In this document: piece by piece, positions 18,861-33,322 of the stretch
Layout of the letters: each line of letters begins with the position of its first letter
How positions within the stretch are numbered: position 1 is the first letter of the stretch
Made by a program: the position numbers and the translations under genes
The notes under the pieces: generated by a model
What the model saw: only the letters and a program-made list of their open reading frames with translations
What the model was told of the DNA's origin: nothing
The model's database searches: none
Source of the DNA: Candidatus Nomurabacteria bacterium RIFCSPLOWO2_01_FULL_41_18
GTDB lineage: Bacteria > Patescibacteriota > Minisyncoccia > Phycocordibacterales > UBA9973
Assembly (NCBI GenBank): GCA_001785865.1
Contig: MFUZ01000006.1
Coordinates: 242,315-306,314, forward strand
Length of the DNA: 64,000 nt
Direction of reading: 5' to 3'

Positions 18861-20915
18861 TTACGGGTTTTCGGTATCTGGAGCAGATGTAGAGATCACC
18901 GGCGCAGTTTTAAAAGAATCCATGTATTTTATTAAATCTGGATTGGTCGGTGCCAAAGCTAATGCTCTTTCGGCATAAGATATGGCCAAAACATTATCGC
19001 CTTCCTTTTTTGCTATTTGTGAGAGAAGAAGCAAAGCATCGATGTAATCGCTCTTCAAAGCTAGACCCTGGTTCGCATAATCTTTCGCCTCACTGATCTT
19101 GTCATCCGTCCAAAATACGCTCGCGAGAGTAATCTTGAGACCTGGATTATTAGGATTTAAAGCAATCGCTTTTTGATAGGCCTCGATGGCTTTACTAGAA
19201 ACATCTTTCACTCCCAAGAAAGCCAAGCTCTGATAAAGCGAACCAAGCGCCCCCCAATTTAAATAATTTCGCGGATTATATCTGGTGGCCAATAACGCGC
19301 CGTTGACCGCTTGATCCAAATTCGACTGCAAAGCGACCTTGTCTGCATCAGAGGTAGTCGTAGCATCTTTTCCTGCCAGAGAATTGAATTTTAGAAGATA
19401 TATTTGCGAATAAGTGCGGAGATATAAATCATTTTCATGAAGCGTCAAAGCTCGGCCGATCGCCACTTGCGCCTCCTCCACCGTGGGCGCTCGGAGCGCT
19501 TGTGAAAAATACGGGATAGAGACTAGGCGTTCGATGTATTTAAACGCCATAACTACAGATATCATTATTACCAAAATGAGAATAAGTATTGAGAAGAAAC
19601 TTTTACGGTGATCACTGAGAAATGAAATTAATATTTCCTTGGAAGTTAGACCGATAAATACACCGGCAAAAACGAAGGACAACAAAAATATCACCGCACC
19701 CGTGGAATAAAAGAAGGAAGAAATAAATAAATAAAGTGACAGCATGAAAAACGCCATTATTTCCCAATTTACCTTATTTTTAATACCGTAAAATACTGAC
19801 CTGACGCCGACAATCAGAAAGAGAACGAAAAAGACAAGCAGGGATAAAATGCCAAGCCCCCCGACCGTAGCGGCCAAGGTGGGCAATGTTCCGGAACCCG
19901 AGTTAAAAGAAACATCCCAAAATTGAGTATTGTTTATAGACTGAGGTTTATACATTGCCCAAGCTTCGTCAAATCTATTTGGACCAAGACCAAAGATTGG
20001 ATGATCTCCGAGCACACCACGAGTTATGGACAAAGTGGCTCCGAGCGAGGGACTCACTTCGGTATTTGATATATGCAAACGATTTGATATGACGTCGCTG
20101 AGGAAACCTGAAGACAAAAAGAACAGAAGAGAAATGATGACAACGATAAAGGAAGTCAAAGGAAACTGTTTTCTGTCTTCTTCCTTGCCGTGAAAAGAAA
20201 TGGAAACTTTATAGACAAAAATAATCAGGCTGGAAATTCCGAGCAGGATCCAAGCCAGGGGGAAATTCACCAGGATCGCTAATAATATTGAGAGCAAGGT
20301 GAATATTGAAAGCAAAAGTTTTTCCACTTTAGAAATCGGAAAAAATTCAATCACCAAAAGAAACATCAGACTGGAAAATCCCGCAAAAAGCCCGAGCGCA
20401 TTCCAAGACCCCAAGAGATTGTCAGTTTTATCGGCTAAAAGCGCGAGCGTGGTGATCGCCGGGAAAAATAAATGAATCCCCTGGAAAATCAAAACAACAA
20501 CCGAAGACAGTATCGCTCCCAGTAAAACTATTTTGGCTCGTTTTGGGGTTTTGAAAACTATTCCCGACATAAGCATCAAAACGAAGCTCCCAAAAATAAA
20601 CCAGAAAGACCCAAGGTCAAGCATGTTGCCAAATAAAGATACAGCTCTACTTCCCGAAAAAAGAGCAGAAAGTAAAAAAATGAAAACTATACCAAGTCCA
20701 GAAAGGAGAAGCGCGGATCTGGGGAAAATTATTTTACCATCGATAAATCTGGATATAGCCCAAAAAATAATCGAGAGAGTGAGCCCGACGACTAAAAGCA
20801 ATCCCTTCCCGACGGCAATCGAAATGGTGGTGAAAGGCAGACAAAAGACGGGCAACAAAACTATTACTAAAAACAGCGAAATAAACGAAAGCCGATCAAA
20901 AATGTTTGAATACAT
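18861..20915 (-). CDS. Polytopic membrane protein (O-antigen ligase-like) with C-terminal TPR repeats
   Basis: Many TM helices, PIFGLGPNRF loop, TPR-like AIEAYQKAIALNPNN. Confidence 0.7.
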   Translation of the reverse strand: MYSNIFDRLSFISLFLVIVLLPVFCLPFTTISIAVGKGLLLVVGLTLSIIFWAISRFIDGKIIFPRSALLLSGLGIVFIFLLSALFSGSRAVSLFGNMLDLGSFWFIFGSFVLMLMSGIVFKTPKRAKIVLLGAILSSVVVLIFQGIHLFFPAITTLALLADKTDNLLGSWNALGLFAGFSSLMFLLVIEFFPISKVEKLLLSIFTLLSILLAILVNFPLAWILLGISSLIIFVYKVSISFHGKEEDRKQFPLTSFIVVIISLLFFLSSGFLSDVISNRLHISNTEVSPSLGATLSITRGVLGDHPIFGLGPNRFDEAWAMYKPQSINNTQFWDVSFNSGSGTLPTLAATVGGLGILSLLVFFVLFLIVGVRSVFYGIKNKVNWEIMAFFMLSLYLFISSFFYSTGAVIFLLSFVFAGVFIGLTSKEILISFLSDHRKSFFSILILILVIMISVVMAFKYIERLVSIPYFSQALRAPTVEEAQVAIGRALTLHENDLYLRTYSQIYLLKFNSLAGKDATTTSDADKVALQSNLDQAVNGALLATRYNPRNYLNWGALGSLYQSLAFLGVKDVSSKAIEAYQKAIALNPNNPGLKITLASVFWTDDKISEAKDYANQGLALKSDYIDALLLLSQIAKKEGDNVLAISYAERALALAPTNPDLIKYMDSFKTAPVISTSAPDTENP

Positions 20916-20983
20916 AGATTACATTATATATTGTGGTGAAACTTTTTGCAAAGGTTTTTAATTTTTATCTTATTAAGGAAAAT

Positions 20984-25261
<4,278 letters not shown>

Positions 25262-25263
25262 TT

Positions 25264-25545
25264 TTAATTAATCTTCATTTCAAGACGCTCAACGCGAATT
25301 CTTAAATCTTCAACAGTTCTTTCTTGCTTGATATCAGTGTGCACCAGATTGGCCATCGTCTGTCTGTGCTCTCTCGCTTCTTCTGTAAATGTTTGCATTT
25401 GTTTTAAGATCAACTCAAAGGCTTTGTCATGCCGTGTGAATCTTTCATCAATTTTAGTAAAAGATTTTGCAATAGAAGCCATCGCTTTTTCAAAAGCTGA
25501 CATTGTCACATATTTTTCGGTTATTTTTTTTACTTCTTTTCTCAT
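25264..25545 (-). CDS. Small coiled-coil hypothetical protein
   Basis: 93-aa ORF tightly coupled to neighbours; heptad pattern. Confidence 0.65.
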   Translation of the reverse strand: MRKEVKKITEKYVTMSAFEKAMASIAKSFTKIDERFTRHDKAFELILKQMQTFTEEAREHRQTMANLVHTDIKQERTVEDLRIRVERLEMKIN

Positions 25546-25551
25546 AAAATT

Positions 25552-25923
25552 TTACTTTTGTATCTTCCCTATCAAAATTCCCAAAAGCTTTTTGACGCTA
25601 TTCTGCGCATCTGCCTCGGCTCCACTGCCGGTAAAATTCTGCCATTCTGCCATCACTTCCGCGTCTTTCAAATCGCGGACGGCATTTTCAAGTGTTAACC
25701 TTGTTTCAAAATCAACTTCCGTATCTGCCTGCAATACTTTTTCAATAAACATTGAGGTGAAATTGATTATCTTTTCATTGGTTTCAACTTTGGACTGACC
25801 AGACTTCACTCCTCCTATTTCTCTAGACAAAGTGAAATAATTAAATCCAAAAAATACATTGCCAATAACTAATGATCCAATAATTATAATTATAGCAATA
25901 CGCTCCATTTTAGGTTCTATCAT
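25552..25923 (-). CDS. Hypothetical single-TM protein
   Basis: N-terminal TM helix, helical remainder, same operon orientation. Confidence 0.7.
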   Translation of the reverse strand: MIEPKMERIAIIIIIGSLVIGNVFFGFNYFTLSREIGGVKSGQSKVETNEKIINFTSMFIEKVLQADTEVDFETRLTLENAVRDLKDAEVMAEWQNFTGSGAEADAQNSVKKLLGILIGKIQK

Positions 25924-25943
25924 AAATATTTGATATAAATTCT

Positions 25944-26017
25944 ATTCCGTCAGAAGCAGGTCGCCTCGAGGTGACCGGTAGCACTCGCCTACTGGCGAAG
26001 GCGGCTTCTAACAGAAT
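25944..26017. mobile_element. Degenerate member of the CCCGTTAGA/TCTAACGGG element family
   Basis: ATTCCGTCAGAAGC...GCTTCTAACAGAAT IR (2 mismatches); shares AGAAGCAG(A/G)TCGC and GCGGCTTCTAAC with the 15137-15256 copy. Confidence 0.55.
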
Positions 26018-27962
26018 TATACACTAATAATAATAACACAACAACTAAAAGAATGGTCTTCCAGTCGAGTCCAGTTAAGCTGGAAAGCCATCCTCCGGAG
26101 CTTCGGAGCTCTATGTTCTCGTGAATGCCAGCACCCGAGGTGACGACGAATGCTTTGCCTTCATACGGCTCATATCCGGGCGCTTCTACCGAGAAATAGT
26201 AGCTACCTTCCGGTACGAGGAAAGAATACGTCCCCCGGACGTCGGTTATTTGCGGATTTTCCTGACTGTAATCTTTGGCAGGCCATAGTTCATAGCTTTT
26301 AGTGGATACGTTTAGAGAATAGAGAGAGACGATCGCCGACGGAATACGGGTTTCTTTGCCATTATTCTTCTCAAAAACATATCCCTCTGGGTCAATGACT
26401 GTTATCATCCTCATCTGGCGAGTGCCGAGAACGGGGTCTATATAATCAATTACAGTGATCACTTCATATTCACCCGGCACTACGGGCGAGACGACATCGG
26501 CAGTGTATATGCCGTCACGGTCGGGATCAGTATATTCAAAGGAAGAAAGTACTAATTTATTTTCAACCGAAATCGGTTCGGGATTTTTTTCAACTAAATC
26601 ATTCGAAGCAAAAAGAGCTGAAGCCAGAAGAGATGAGCGAGAAATTTCATTTTGATTCCCTTCTGCTACTTTCGGTGTTGCGGATTTGAATACAATATAA
26701 CCAGTCACGCTTGACGCAGAGCCAATAGGTTTTACCACTAGCCGCATCGTCTGGCCGGGTAGCGTTGATATTTTTTGAACAACTTCTCCTTTATCACCGA
26801 TAGACATCGCAACATTCAGGTCAATCAACTCTCCGCTCGCCCGGGCAAAGACAAATTCTGCAGGCAAATTTCTCTTATCAACTAGTGAAAAATTTGCGAG
26901 AGGTAACCCTTCTATAAGAGCAATCTTGCCTACACCGATGTTGGGTAATATTTTTTGATCCGGATTTGAGAGTCCGGGAATATCTAGAGAGACACCATTT
27001 AATTTATCTATCTGAGCCAATCTTCCTGCTCCGATATTTTTTAGCGTATTGGTAAGCTCTGAAAGCCCTGGAAGATTTAAAGTTATACCGCTTAATTTGG
27101 TCAGATCAGTCATCCTGTGAACATCAACACTTTTGAGCGTTTTATCCAGTTCGGGGAATTTGGAGGCTAGAATGCGAACCTCATACGGGAGCGGCGCGAA
27201 GACAAAAGCATTGATAGCCCCTGTCGGCAGAAGATCCCATTCGCCCATAAATGCGAGAGGGGTGATCTTGGGAATCTCAGAGACTACGGTCACTGGTTCG
27301 CTTTTGGGTCTAAAGAAATTCAAAATAGGACTGAAAAAATTATCCGCAGGGGGATTTTCGGCAACCGGTGGAAAGATTTCCTGAGTGGAGAGCGACGAAG
27401 TTGTTCTGGACCTAGTTACAGAAACAGATCCACTTCCGTCGTCAACGTTTCGCGCGCTTGCCGGTCGCCAATCGGTTTGCACTTTAAAGTTTGCCGAACC
27501 ACAAGAATCTATCCCGCCCGCGCAATTAAAATTAATTTGGCTGTTATCGGATTTCACCGTCGCATAGCCCAAAAATTCCCCGCTTGTATTTATGGTGACT
27601 CCGCTAAAATTAATCCAACCAAGGTTGGGACTCCAGGCAAATCCAGAAAGCGTCCCTTCTGCATTATTGGAGACTCCCGAGGTGTCCGGATCTAAGTTTA
27701 TCCAACCGTATTCACTACTCCAAGCTTGCCCTGAAAGACCCGTGTCGGTAACGCCCACATCGCAATTATCACAGCCGAAATTGATCCAGCCGATATTTTC
27801 TCCCCAAGCATATTTATGTGTTCCGTCAATCGTCCCTTCCGTATTCGAAGCGAAAGCCGAATTAGCACCAAAAAAAACAAAAGAAAACAACGCAAAAAGA
27901 ACGACAAAAAACCCTAGAAAAACCAATTTTGCTCTGGGAAATTTTTTTAACATTTTTTGCAT
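25989..27962 (-). CDS. Secreted/surface protein with W-rich repeats, carboxypeptidase-regulatory-like domain and C-terminal TM anchor
   Basis: Signal peptide; repeats AWGENIGWINF/AWSSEYGWINL/AWSPNLGWINF; NPQITDVRGTYSFLVPEGSY; C-terminal TM. Confidence 0.75.
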   Translation of the reverse strand: MQKMLKKFPRAKLVFLGFFVVLFALFSFVFFGANSAFASNTEGTIDGTHKYAWGENIGWINFGCDNCDVGVTDTGLSGQAWSSEYGWINLDPDTSGVSNNAEGTLSGFAWSPNLGWINFSGVTINTSGEFLGYATVKSDNSQINFNCAGGIDSCGSANFKVQTDWRPASARNVDDGSGSVSVTRSRTTSSLSTQEIFPPVAENPPADNFFSPILNFFRPKSEPVTVVSEIPKITPLAFMGEWDLLPTGAINAFVFAPLPYEVRILASKFPELDKTLKSVDVHRMTDLTKLSGITLNLPGLSELTNTLKNIGAGRLAQIDKLNGVSLDIPGLSNPDQKILPNIGVGKIALIEGLPLANFSLVDKRNLPAEFVFARASGELIDLNVAMSIGDKGEVVQKISTLPGQTMRLVVKPIGSASSVTGYIVFKSATPKVAEGNQNEISRSSLLASALFASNDLVEKNPEPISVENKLVLSSFEYTDPDRDGIYTADVVSPVVPGEYEVITVIDYIDPVLGTRQMRMITVIDPEGYVFEKNNGKETRIPSAIVSLYSLNVSTKSYELWPAKDYSQENPQITDVRGTYSFLVPEGSYYFSVEAPGYEPYEGKAFVVTSGAGIHENIELRSSGGWLSSLTGLDWKTILLVVVLLLLVYNSVRSRLRQ

Positions 27963-28017
27963 TCCCCTTCGCTCAAAAATTTAAGCGAAGTCTTAAGTAT
28001 TATAGCAAAAAGCAATA

Positions 28018-30558
28018 CTAAATCACAATGTTGACAAGCCTGTTTTTCACATAAATCATCTTTTTGACGTCTTTTCCTGCAATATGCCTCACAACAGTTT
28101 CATTCTCCAGAGCTTTTTTCTTTATGCTTTCTTCTGTTTCATCTGCCTGCACAAAAATTTCAGCTCTAACTTTTCCATTTATTTGTATTACAATTTTAAT
28201 TTCTTCATCTTTTATTAAATTCTCATCCCATTTTGGCCAATTGGAGAGATTGATCGAATCCTTCTCTCCTAGAAGGCTCCATAATTCTTCGGTCATATGC
28301 GGTGCGAATGGTGAGAGAACTTGCAGAAATTTTTTATAATCTTCCACTGAAACATTTTCAGCTTTTTCCATCTCTGTCGCCAGAATCATCATGGAAGAGA
28401 TTGCGGTATTGAAATTCATACCCTCTATATCTTCAGAAACTTTTTTTATGGTTTTGTGCAATAACCGAACCAGTGGAGAATTTTTTGACATTCCGGAAGA
28501 ATTATTAAATTTCAAAACTTTCTCCCCTATCCTCCAAACTTTTTCAATAAATCTTCTAGCTCCGATAATGCTTTCCGTAGACCAAGCCACGGACTGATCA
28601 AACGGCCCCATAAACATTTCATAAACTCGAAGTGTATCTGCGCCATAGGTTTTCACAATGTCATCCGGGTTAATTACATTTCCAAGAGACTTGGACATTT
28701 TGACTCCCCCTTCACCCAAGATCATCCCATGCGAAGTACGCTTCATGTATGGCTCGTTTGTAGGCACAAGTTTCAAATCAAAAAGAAATTTATGCCAAAA
28801 ACGAGAATACAAAAGATGCAGAGTCGTGTGTTCATTTCCGCCGTTGTACCAGTCTACTCCACCCGTATTTCCCCCTCTCCTTTCAGGAGAGGGCTGGGGT
28901 GAGGTTAACCAGTATTTTAAATTTTTCTTGCTTGCAAATTCTTTATTATTTTTCGCATCAGCATATCGCAAATAATACCAAGAACTTCCAGCCCAGTTTG
29001 GCATGGTGTCTGTTTCTCTTTTTGCTTTACCAAGGCACTTTGGACATTTCACATTTACCCATTTTGAAATGTTTGCGAGTGGTGATTCGCCACTATCCGT
29101 CGGCTGATAATTCTTAACTTTTGGTAATTCCACCGGCAAATCTTTTTCTGGAACTGGAACTACCCCACAATCTTGGCAATGTATAACTGGTATGGGCTCA
29201 CCCCAGTATCGCTGTCTAGAAAAAATCCAGTCACGAAGTTTGAAGGTCGTCTTTCTAGAAGCGGCACTCTCTGAACTTAACCAATCAATAATTTTAGGTC
29301 GAGCTTCTGCTGAAGTTAAACCATCAAATTGTTTAGAATTAAAAAGCACACCTTCACCTTCGTAACATTCTTCCATGTTTTTTATTTTCTCAAAAAGTGA
29401 TTCGTCTTTGGATTTGATCGAAACCTTGAGAGGAATATTATATTTTTTCGCCATATCAAAATCCCTTTTATCATGAGCATCAGCAAATACAGCGCCAGTC
29501 CCATAATGAACTAACACAAAATCTGATACCCAAACTGGTATTTCTTCTTTGGTTGCTGGATTAATGACCCTGACACCCTTTAATTCAATTCCCGTTTTAT
29601 TACTTTCTGCTGTTCTCTCAACTTCTGGTCTATTTTTAACTTCTTTAATATATTTTTCAACTTCATTCCAGTTTAAAATACTATTTTTGTATTCTTGAAT
29701 AAATGAATGTTCGGGAGCTAAAACAATAAAAGTACAAGAAAAAATTGTATCGACACGAGTAGTAAAAACTTTTATAGCTAGGTCTTGTCTAGCTGAAACT
29801 TTAAACTCTATTTCTGCGCCTTCACTTTTCCCTATCCAATTCCTCTGCCCAAGCTTAATTTGTGGAAGATAATTTACATCATCTAAATCTTTATAAAGCC
29901 TATCGGCGTATTTTGTAATCGCTAGCATCCATTGCTCTTTCTCCCTTTTTTCCACTGCAGTCCCACAACGTTCACAAACGCCAGCTTGCCCTGAGCCTGT
30001 CGAACGGGTTACAACTTCTTCATTCGCAAGTCCAATTTTATCCTTCGGGCACCAGTTTATCGTCATCTTCGCTTTGTAAGCTAAACCTTTTTTCAAAAAT
30101 TGTAAAAATATCCACTGTGTCCATTTGTAATATTTTGGATCAGTGGTATTTATTTCTCGCGACCAATCAAAAGAAATACCGAGTGACTTTATCTGTCTGC
30201 GAAAAGTATCACTATTTTTCTTGGTAACTATCCGTGGATCTTTGCCTGTTTTTATTGCAAAGTTTTCTGTCGGCAATCCAAATGCATCCCAACCTATAGG
30301 ATACAAAACATTAAAACCTTCTAGCCTTCTTTTTCTAGAAATAATATCCATCCCTATGTAAGGCCTTGGATGCCCTACATGAAGACCGTCTCCAGAAGGA
30401 TATGGAAACTCTATCAAGCCATAGAATTTCGGCTTGATCGCAGACTTACTCAGACTGGACGCGGACTGACGCGGAAAATCTTTTGCATAATATATTCCAT
30501 TTTTGTCCCAGATAGTCTGCCATTTACTTTCTATCTTTAAGTGGTTATATTCCTTCAT
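28018..30558 (-). CDS. leuS: Leucine--tRNA ligase
   Basis: FPYPSGDGLHVGH, GWDAFGLP, DWIFSRQRYWGEPIP, KMSKSLGN, QINGKVR. Confidence 0.97.
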   Translation of the reverse strand: MKEYNHLKIESKWQTIWDKNGIYYAKDFPRQSASSLSKSAIKPKFYGLIEFPYPSGDGLHVGHPRPYIGMDIISRKRRLEGFNVLYPIGWDAFGLPTENFAIKTGKDPRIVTKKNSDTFRRQIKSLGISFDWSREINTTDPKYYKWTQWIFLQFLKKGLAYKAKMTINWCPKDKIGLANEEVVTRSTGSGQAGVCERCGTAVEKREKEQWMLAITKYADRLYKDLDDVNYLPQIKLGQRNWIGKSEGAEIEFKVSARQDLAIKVFTTRVDTIFSCTFIVLAPEHSFIQEYKNSILNWNEVEKYIKEVKNRPEVERTAESNKTGIELKGVRVINPATKEEIPVWVSDFVLVHYGTGAVFADAHDKRDFDMAKKYNIPLKVSIKSKDESLFEKIKNMEECYEGEGVLFNSKQFDGLTSAEARPKIIDWLSSESAASRKTTFKLRDWIFSRQRYWGEPIPVIHCQDCGVVPVPEKDLPVELPKVKNYQPTDSGESPLANISKWVNVKCPKCLGKAKRETDTMPNWAGSSWYYLRYADAKNNKEFASKKNLKYWLTSPQPSPERRGGNTGGVDWYNGGNEHTTLHLLYSRFWHKFLFDLKLVPTNEPYMKRTSHGMILGEGGVKMSKSLGNVINPDDIVKTYGADTLRVYEMFMGPFDQSVAWSTESIIGARRFIEKVWRIGEKVLKFNNSSGMSKNSPLVRLLHKTIKKVSEDIEGMNFNTAISSMMILATEMEKAENVSVEDYKKFLQVLSPFAPHMTEELWSLLGEKDSINLSNWPKWDENLIKDEEIKIVIQINGKVRAEIFVQADETEESIKKKALENETVVRHIAGKDVKKMIYVKNRLVNIVI

Positions 30559-30568
30559 TGTTACATAA

Positions 30569-30662
30569 TAAACAAAAAACCGCCTTTATGCAAAAGCTCC
30601 CGATTTTTTAGCTTTATAAAAAGCTCTTAAAATCGCAGTCCTTTAGGGCGGTTTTTTGTTTA
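30569..30662. repeat. Nested IR element upstream of leuS (could also act as a terminator)
   Basis: 16-bp perfect IR TAAACAAAAAACCGCC / GGCGGTTTTTTGTTTA with an inner hairpin. Confidence 0.7.
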
Positions 30663-30679
30663 AGTCTTTTTAAATATTA

Positions 30680-31753
30680 TTAGTAAATCGGCACTGGCTT
30701 GGTATAGCGATAAGTGTCTGGATTGATAGTTTGTTCAAAACAATAGTGCCCAGCGGGATGTACCCATGATCTAGAATTATATGGATCTCTTATAGGAGCA
30801 GTCATGGTTTTACCATTACTTTCTTCATTATTTGACGATTTGTTAAATTCCGCACAGAGATTATATGTTGTCTCGCTTGTTTTTTGATATTCGTATGGCT
30901 TTCCTGTTTGTGGATCTACCTTGTTAGGGTAATATTGGTTGTACGTATTTACTTCATCTATCGTGTTCGGTAACACTCCTTTGGTTGAGTAAAAATTTTC
31001 AATCTGACCATCTAAATTCTGTAAATAACTTACTTTTTGCTCGTCATATTTGATCAATCTTTGAGTTCGAGGTGAACCGAGAACAGAAAATCCCCAAACA
31101 ATAGAACCAATGACAATGATTCCCGCAATTACTCTCCAAGCCATCCTAGAATTTTTCGTCAGTTTTTTTCTAAGATCAGAAATGTAGTAAATAAAAAGAC
31201 TAGAAAAGATAACAAGTAGTACAGCGACTTTTAGAAGAAAACCAGTCGTTAATTCCTGTCCGTCAATAAAATAGTAAACGACAGTTATCAAATCTCCCGC
31301 TACCACACAACCGGAAATAAACAGAGTTAGATATGTGAGCCCTTTATGAATGACGCTATTTTGCATCTCTCCCTCTACTCTGTATTGCCTTTCCAAGAAC
31401 CACATCAAAATCATGAAAATAGGAAGAAGCACGACCAGAGTGGCGACAGGCCAGCTGATCGATGAACTGCCGTAATAATTATAACCATTGGTAACTTTCG
31501 GATAGGCTGTGTTGATAACAGTAAACAATAGGCTTAAAAGATTGCCGAGTAATACGTAAAGTGTGATAAAAGCTCCTAAATTCAGCAAAACATCTTTTGC
31601 AGTTGCTCTTGGGCGAATTTGTGTTTGATTTGGATCCATATTATTTCTGTTACGATTAATAAAAAATGAAATGAGGCCAACTATTATCCCTATAACTACA
31701 ACGAAAAAAATAATAATGTAAATAAAGAACGAAAATGGAAAATATTCGAACAT
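30680..31753 (-). CDS. DUF5671-like membrane protein
   Basis: Multiple TM helices followed by GSPRTQR..YD, DPQTGKPYEY, YNLCAEF, HPAGHYCF. Confidence 0.7.
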   Translation of the reverse strand: MFEYFPFSFFIYIIIFFVVVIGIIVGLISFFINRNRNNMDPNQTQIRPRATAKDVLLNLGAFITLYVLLGNLLSLLFTVINTAYPKVTNGYNYYGSSSISWPVATLVVLLPIFMILMWFLERQYRVEGEMQNSVIHKGLTYLTLFISGCVVAGDLITVVYYFIDGQELTTGFLLKVAVLLVIFSSLFIYYISDLRKKLTKNSRMAWRVIAGIIVIGSIVWGFSVLGSPRTQRLIKYDEQKVSYLQNLDGQIENFYSTKGVLPNTIDEVNTYNQYYPNKVDPQTGKPYEYQKTSETTYNLCAEFNKSSNNEESNGKTMTAPIRDPYNSRSWVHPAGHYCFEQTINPDTYRYTKPVPIY

Positions 31754-31794
31754 TGTGAATAAATTACTGTTAATTAATAATAACTATATCTACA

Positions 31795-32772
31795 TTATAC
31801 GCCCCAAACCGCCGTATTGGCAAGTGGGATGATGCGATTGTTGGACTTTTCTAATACACAAAGCTCACCAGCTTCTATTTGGCCTTCAAAGTTTTTCATA
31901 GTTTCCTCTAGTGCATACCCAAGAGAAAGTGAAGAAGAATCTATCGCATACGAGGTTAAAATAACAAAAAGTGGCTTGTCACTCAAAACTTTTTGCACTG
32001 CTGATAAAAGCTTTGGCAACATTTCTTCTATTTTCCAAACTTCTCCTTTTGGTCCCCTACCAAACTTTGGTGGATCCATTATTATGGCATCATATTTGTT
32101 TCCCCTCTTTGCTTCTCTCTCTAGGAATTTTATTGCATCATCTTCTATGATTCGCATGCCTGTTAGTCCTAAATGACTATTGAGTTTTTCATTTTCTTTT
32201 GCCCAAGCGAGGCTTTGCTTTGAAGCATCGAGGTGCGTCACTACTGCGCCAGCGCGAAGCGCAAACAAGCTCGCCACTCCCGTATAGCCGAACAAGTTCA
32301 AAAATCTAGGTCTGGAAGCAGAGGGAGAATTCTGGCGGCGGAAGGTTCCGTCCGAAGGATGGAGGAATGTCGCAGAATTCTCCTTCTGTAAAAGACCACC
32401 AACACTAGCGCTGATCTTTTCTTCAATAAAATCCCAGTGGCAAGCCTGCTCTGGGAAAAATCCCAAGTGTCGGAAAGGAGTAGGTGAAGCCAGAAATTTA
32501 ATGCCTTTATATTGCATCTCCCATCTATCTTGAATCTTTTCTTTCATCTTCCACCCAGCTTTTGCTCCCACTTTTGAACTCCAAAATTTACCGTCAGCTT
32601 TATTCCATTCTTTTTCCGACAAAGTTTTTGCCCAAACAGCATCTTCATAAGGACGCACAAAAACATATTTACCAAATCGCTCCAACTTTTCCCCCTCACC
32701 CGTATCTAGGAGCTCATAATCACCGAAGTCTGTGGAATCTTTCAAATAAAAAATTTTAATTTGGTTTTGCAT
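31795..32772 (-). CDS. Class I SAM-dependent methyltransferase (RlmI/RlmK-like)
   Basis: YELLDTGEGEKLERFG, HLGFFPEQ, LNLFGYTG, IIMDPPKFGRG. Confidence 0.85.
   Translation of the reverse strand: MQNQIKIFYLKDSTDFGDYELLDTGEGEKLERFGKYVFVRPYEDAVWAKTLSEKEWNKADGKFWSSKVGAKAGWKMKEKIQDRWEMQYKGIKFLASPTPFRHLGFFPEQACHWDFIEEKISASVGGLLQKENSATFLHPSDGTFRRQNSPSASRPRFLNLFGYTGVASLFALRAGAVVTHLDASKQSLAWAKENEKLNSHLGLTGMRIIEDDAIKFLEREAKRGNKYDAIIMDPPKFGRGPKGEVWKIEEMLPKLLSAVQKVLSDKPLFVILTSYAIDSSSLSLGYALEETMKNFEGQIEAGELCVLEKSNNRIIPLANTAVWGV
32309..32397. repeat. In-frame IR element inside the methyltransferase gene
   Basis: CAGAGGGAGAATTCTG / CAGAATTCTCCTTCTG (1 mismatch) with an inner hairpin; encodes an atypical ~30-aa loop. 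Confidence 0.8.
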
Positions 32773-32774
32773 AA

Positions 32775-33242
32775 TTATTTCTTACCTTGAATATTATTCT
32801 TAATCCATTCATTTTTCTTTTTTCTATACTCATCCTCTGGTAAACCGTCTAAGGAATTTTTAAAATCTTCATATCTTTGACTTAAACCTGCATCTGCTCG
32901 CAATTTTTCTAAAGTCCTGCGATGAATTCCTATCATCTTATGACCTACAGGAAGTATTTGTAAATCAACTCTTATTCCATTTCTTTTTGTATTTAAGTGG
33001 CTAATTTCTTTGACTACAGGACCTTGTATGTAACTTTTTTCAACAAGCAACTTACTGTCAGCATTAACGTCATTGCTCACAACCATCACGTCAATTTCTG
33101 ATTTTCCAGAAATCGGCACAGCCATAGAACCAATCAATTCTGAAGAAGAATCAGGAAGTATTTTTGATAATTCAATAATAATTTCTTTCTGTAATTCAGA
33201 AATTTCTAGAGATGGTTTTATTATCTTTATTTTTTCGTTCAT
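32775..33242 (-). CDS. GrpB-family nucleotidyltransferase-fold protein
   Basis: IGSMAVP..GKSEIDVMV, LRAD...RYEDFK, YRKKKNEWI; start moved to the ATG 6 nt after TATAAT. Confidence 0.7.
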   Translation of the reverse strand: MNEKIKIIKPSLEISELQKEIIIELSKILPDSSSELIGSMAVPISGKSEIDVMVVSNDVNADSKLLVEKSYIQGPVVKEISHLNTKRNGIRVDLQILPVGHKMIGIHRRTLEKLRADAGLSQRYEDFKNSLDGLPEDEYRKKKNEWIKNNIQGKK

Positions 33243-33279
33243 GCTTGTATTATAACACACTCTTTATTAGTGAACCACC

Positions 33280-33319
33280 GATGTTGATAAATTCTGCATA
33301 TGCAGAATTTATCAACATC
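33280..33319. repeat. Perfect 40-bp palindrome
   Basis: GATGTTGATAAATTCTGCAT|ATGCAGAATTTATCAACATC; 22 bp of it repeated at 33942-33963. Confidence 0.95.
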
Positions 33320-33322
33320 TAG

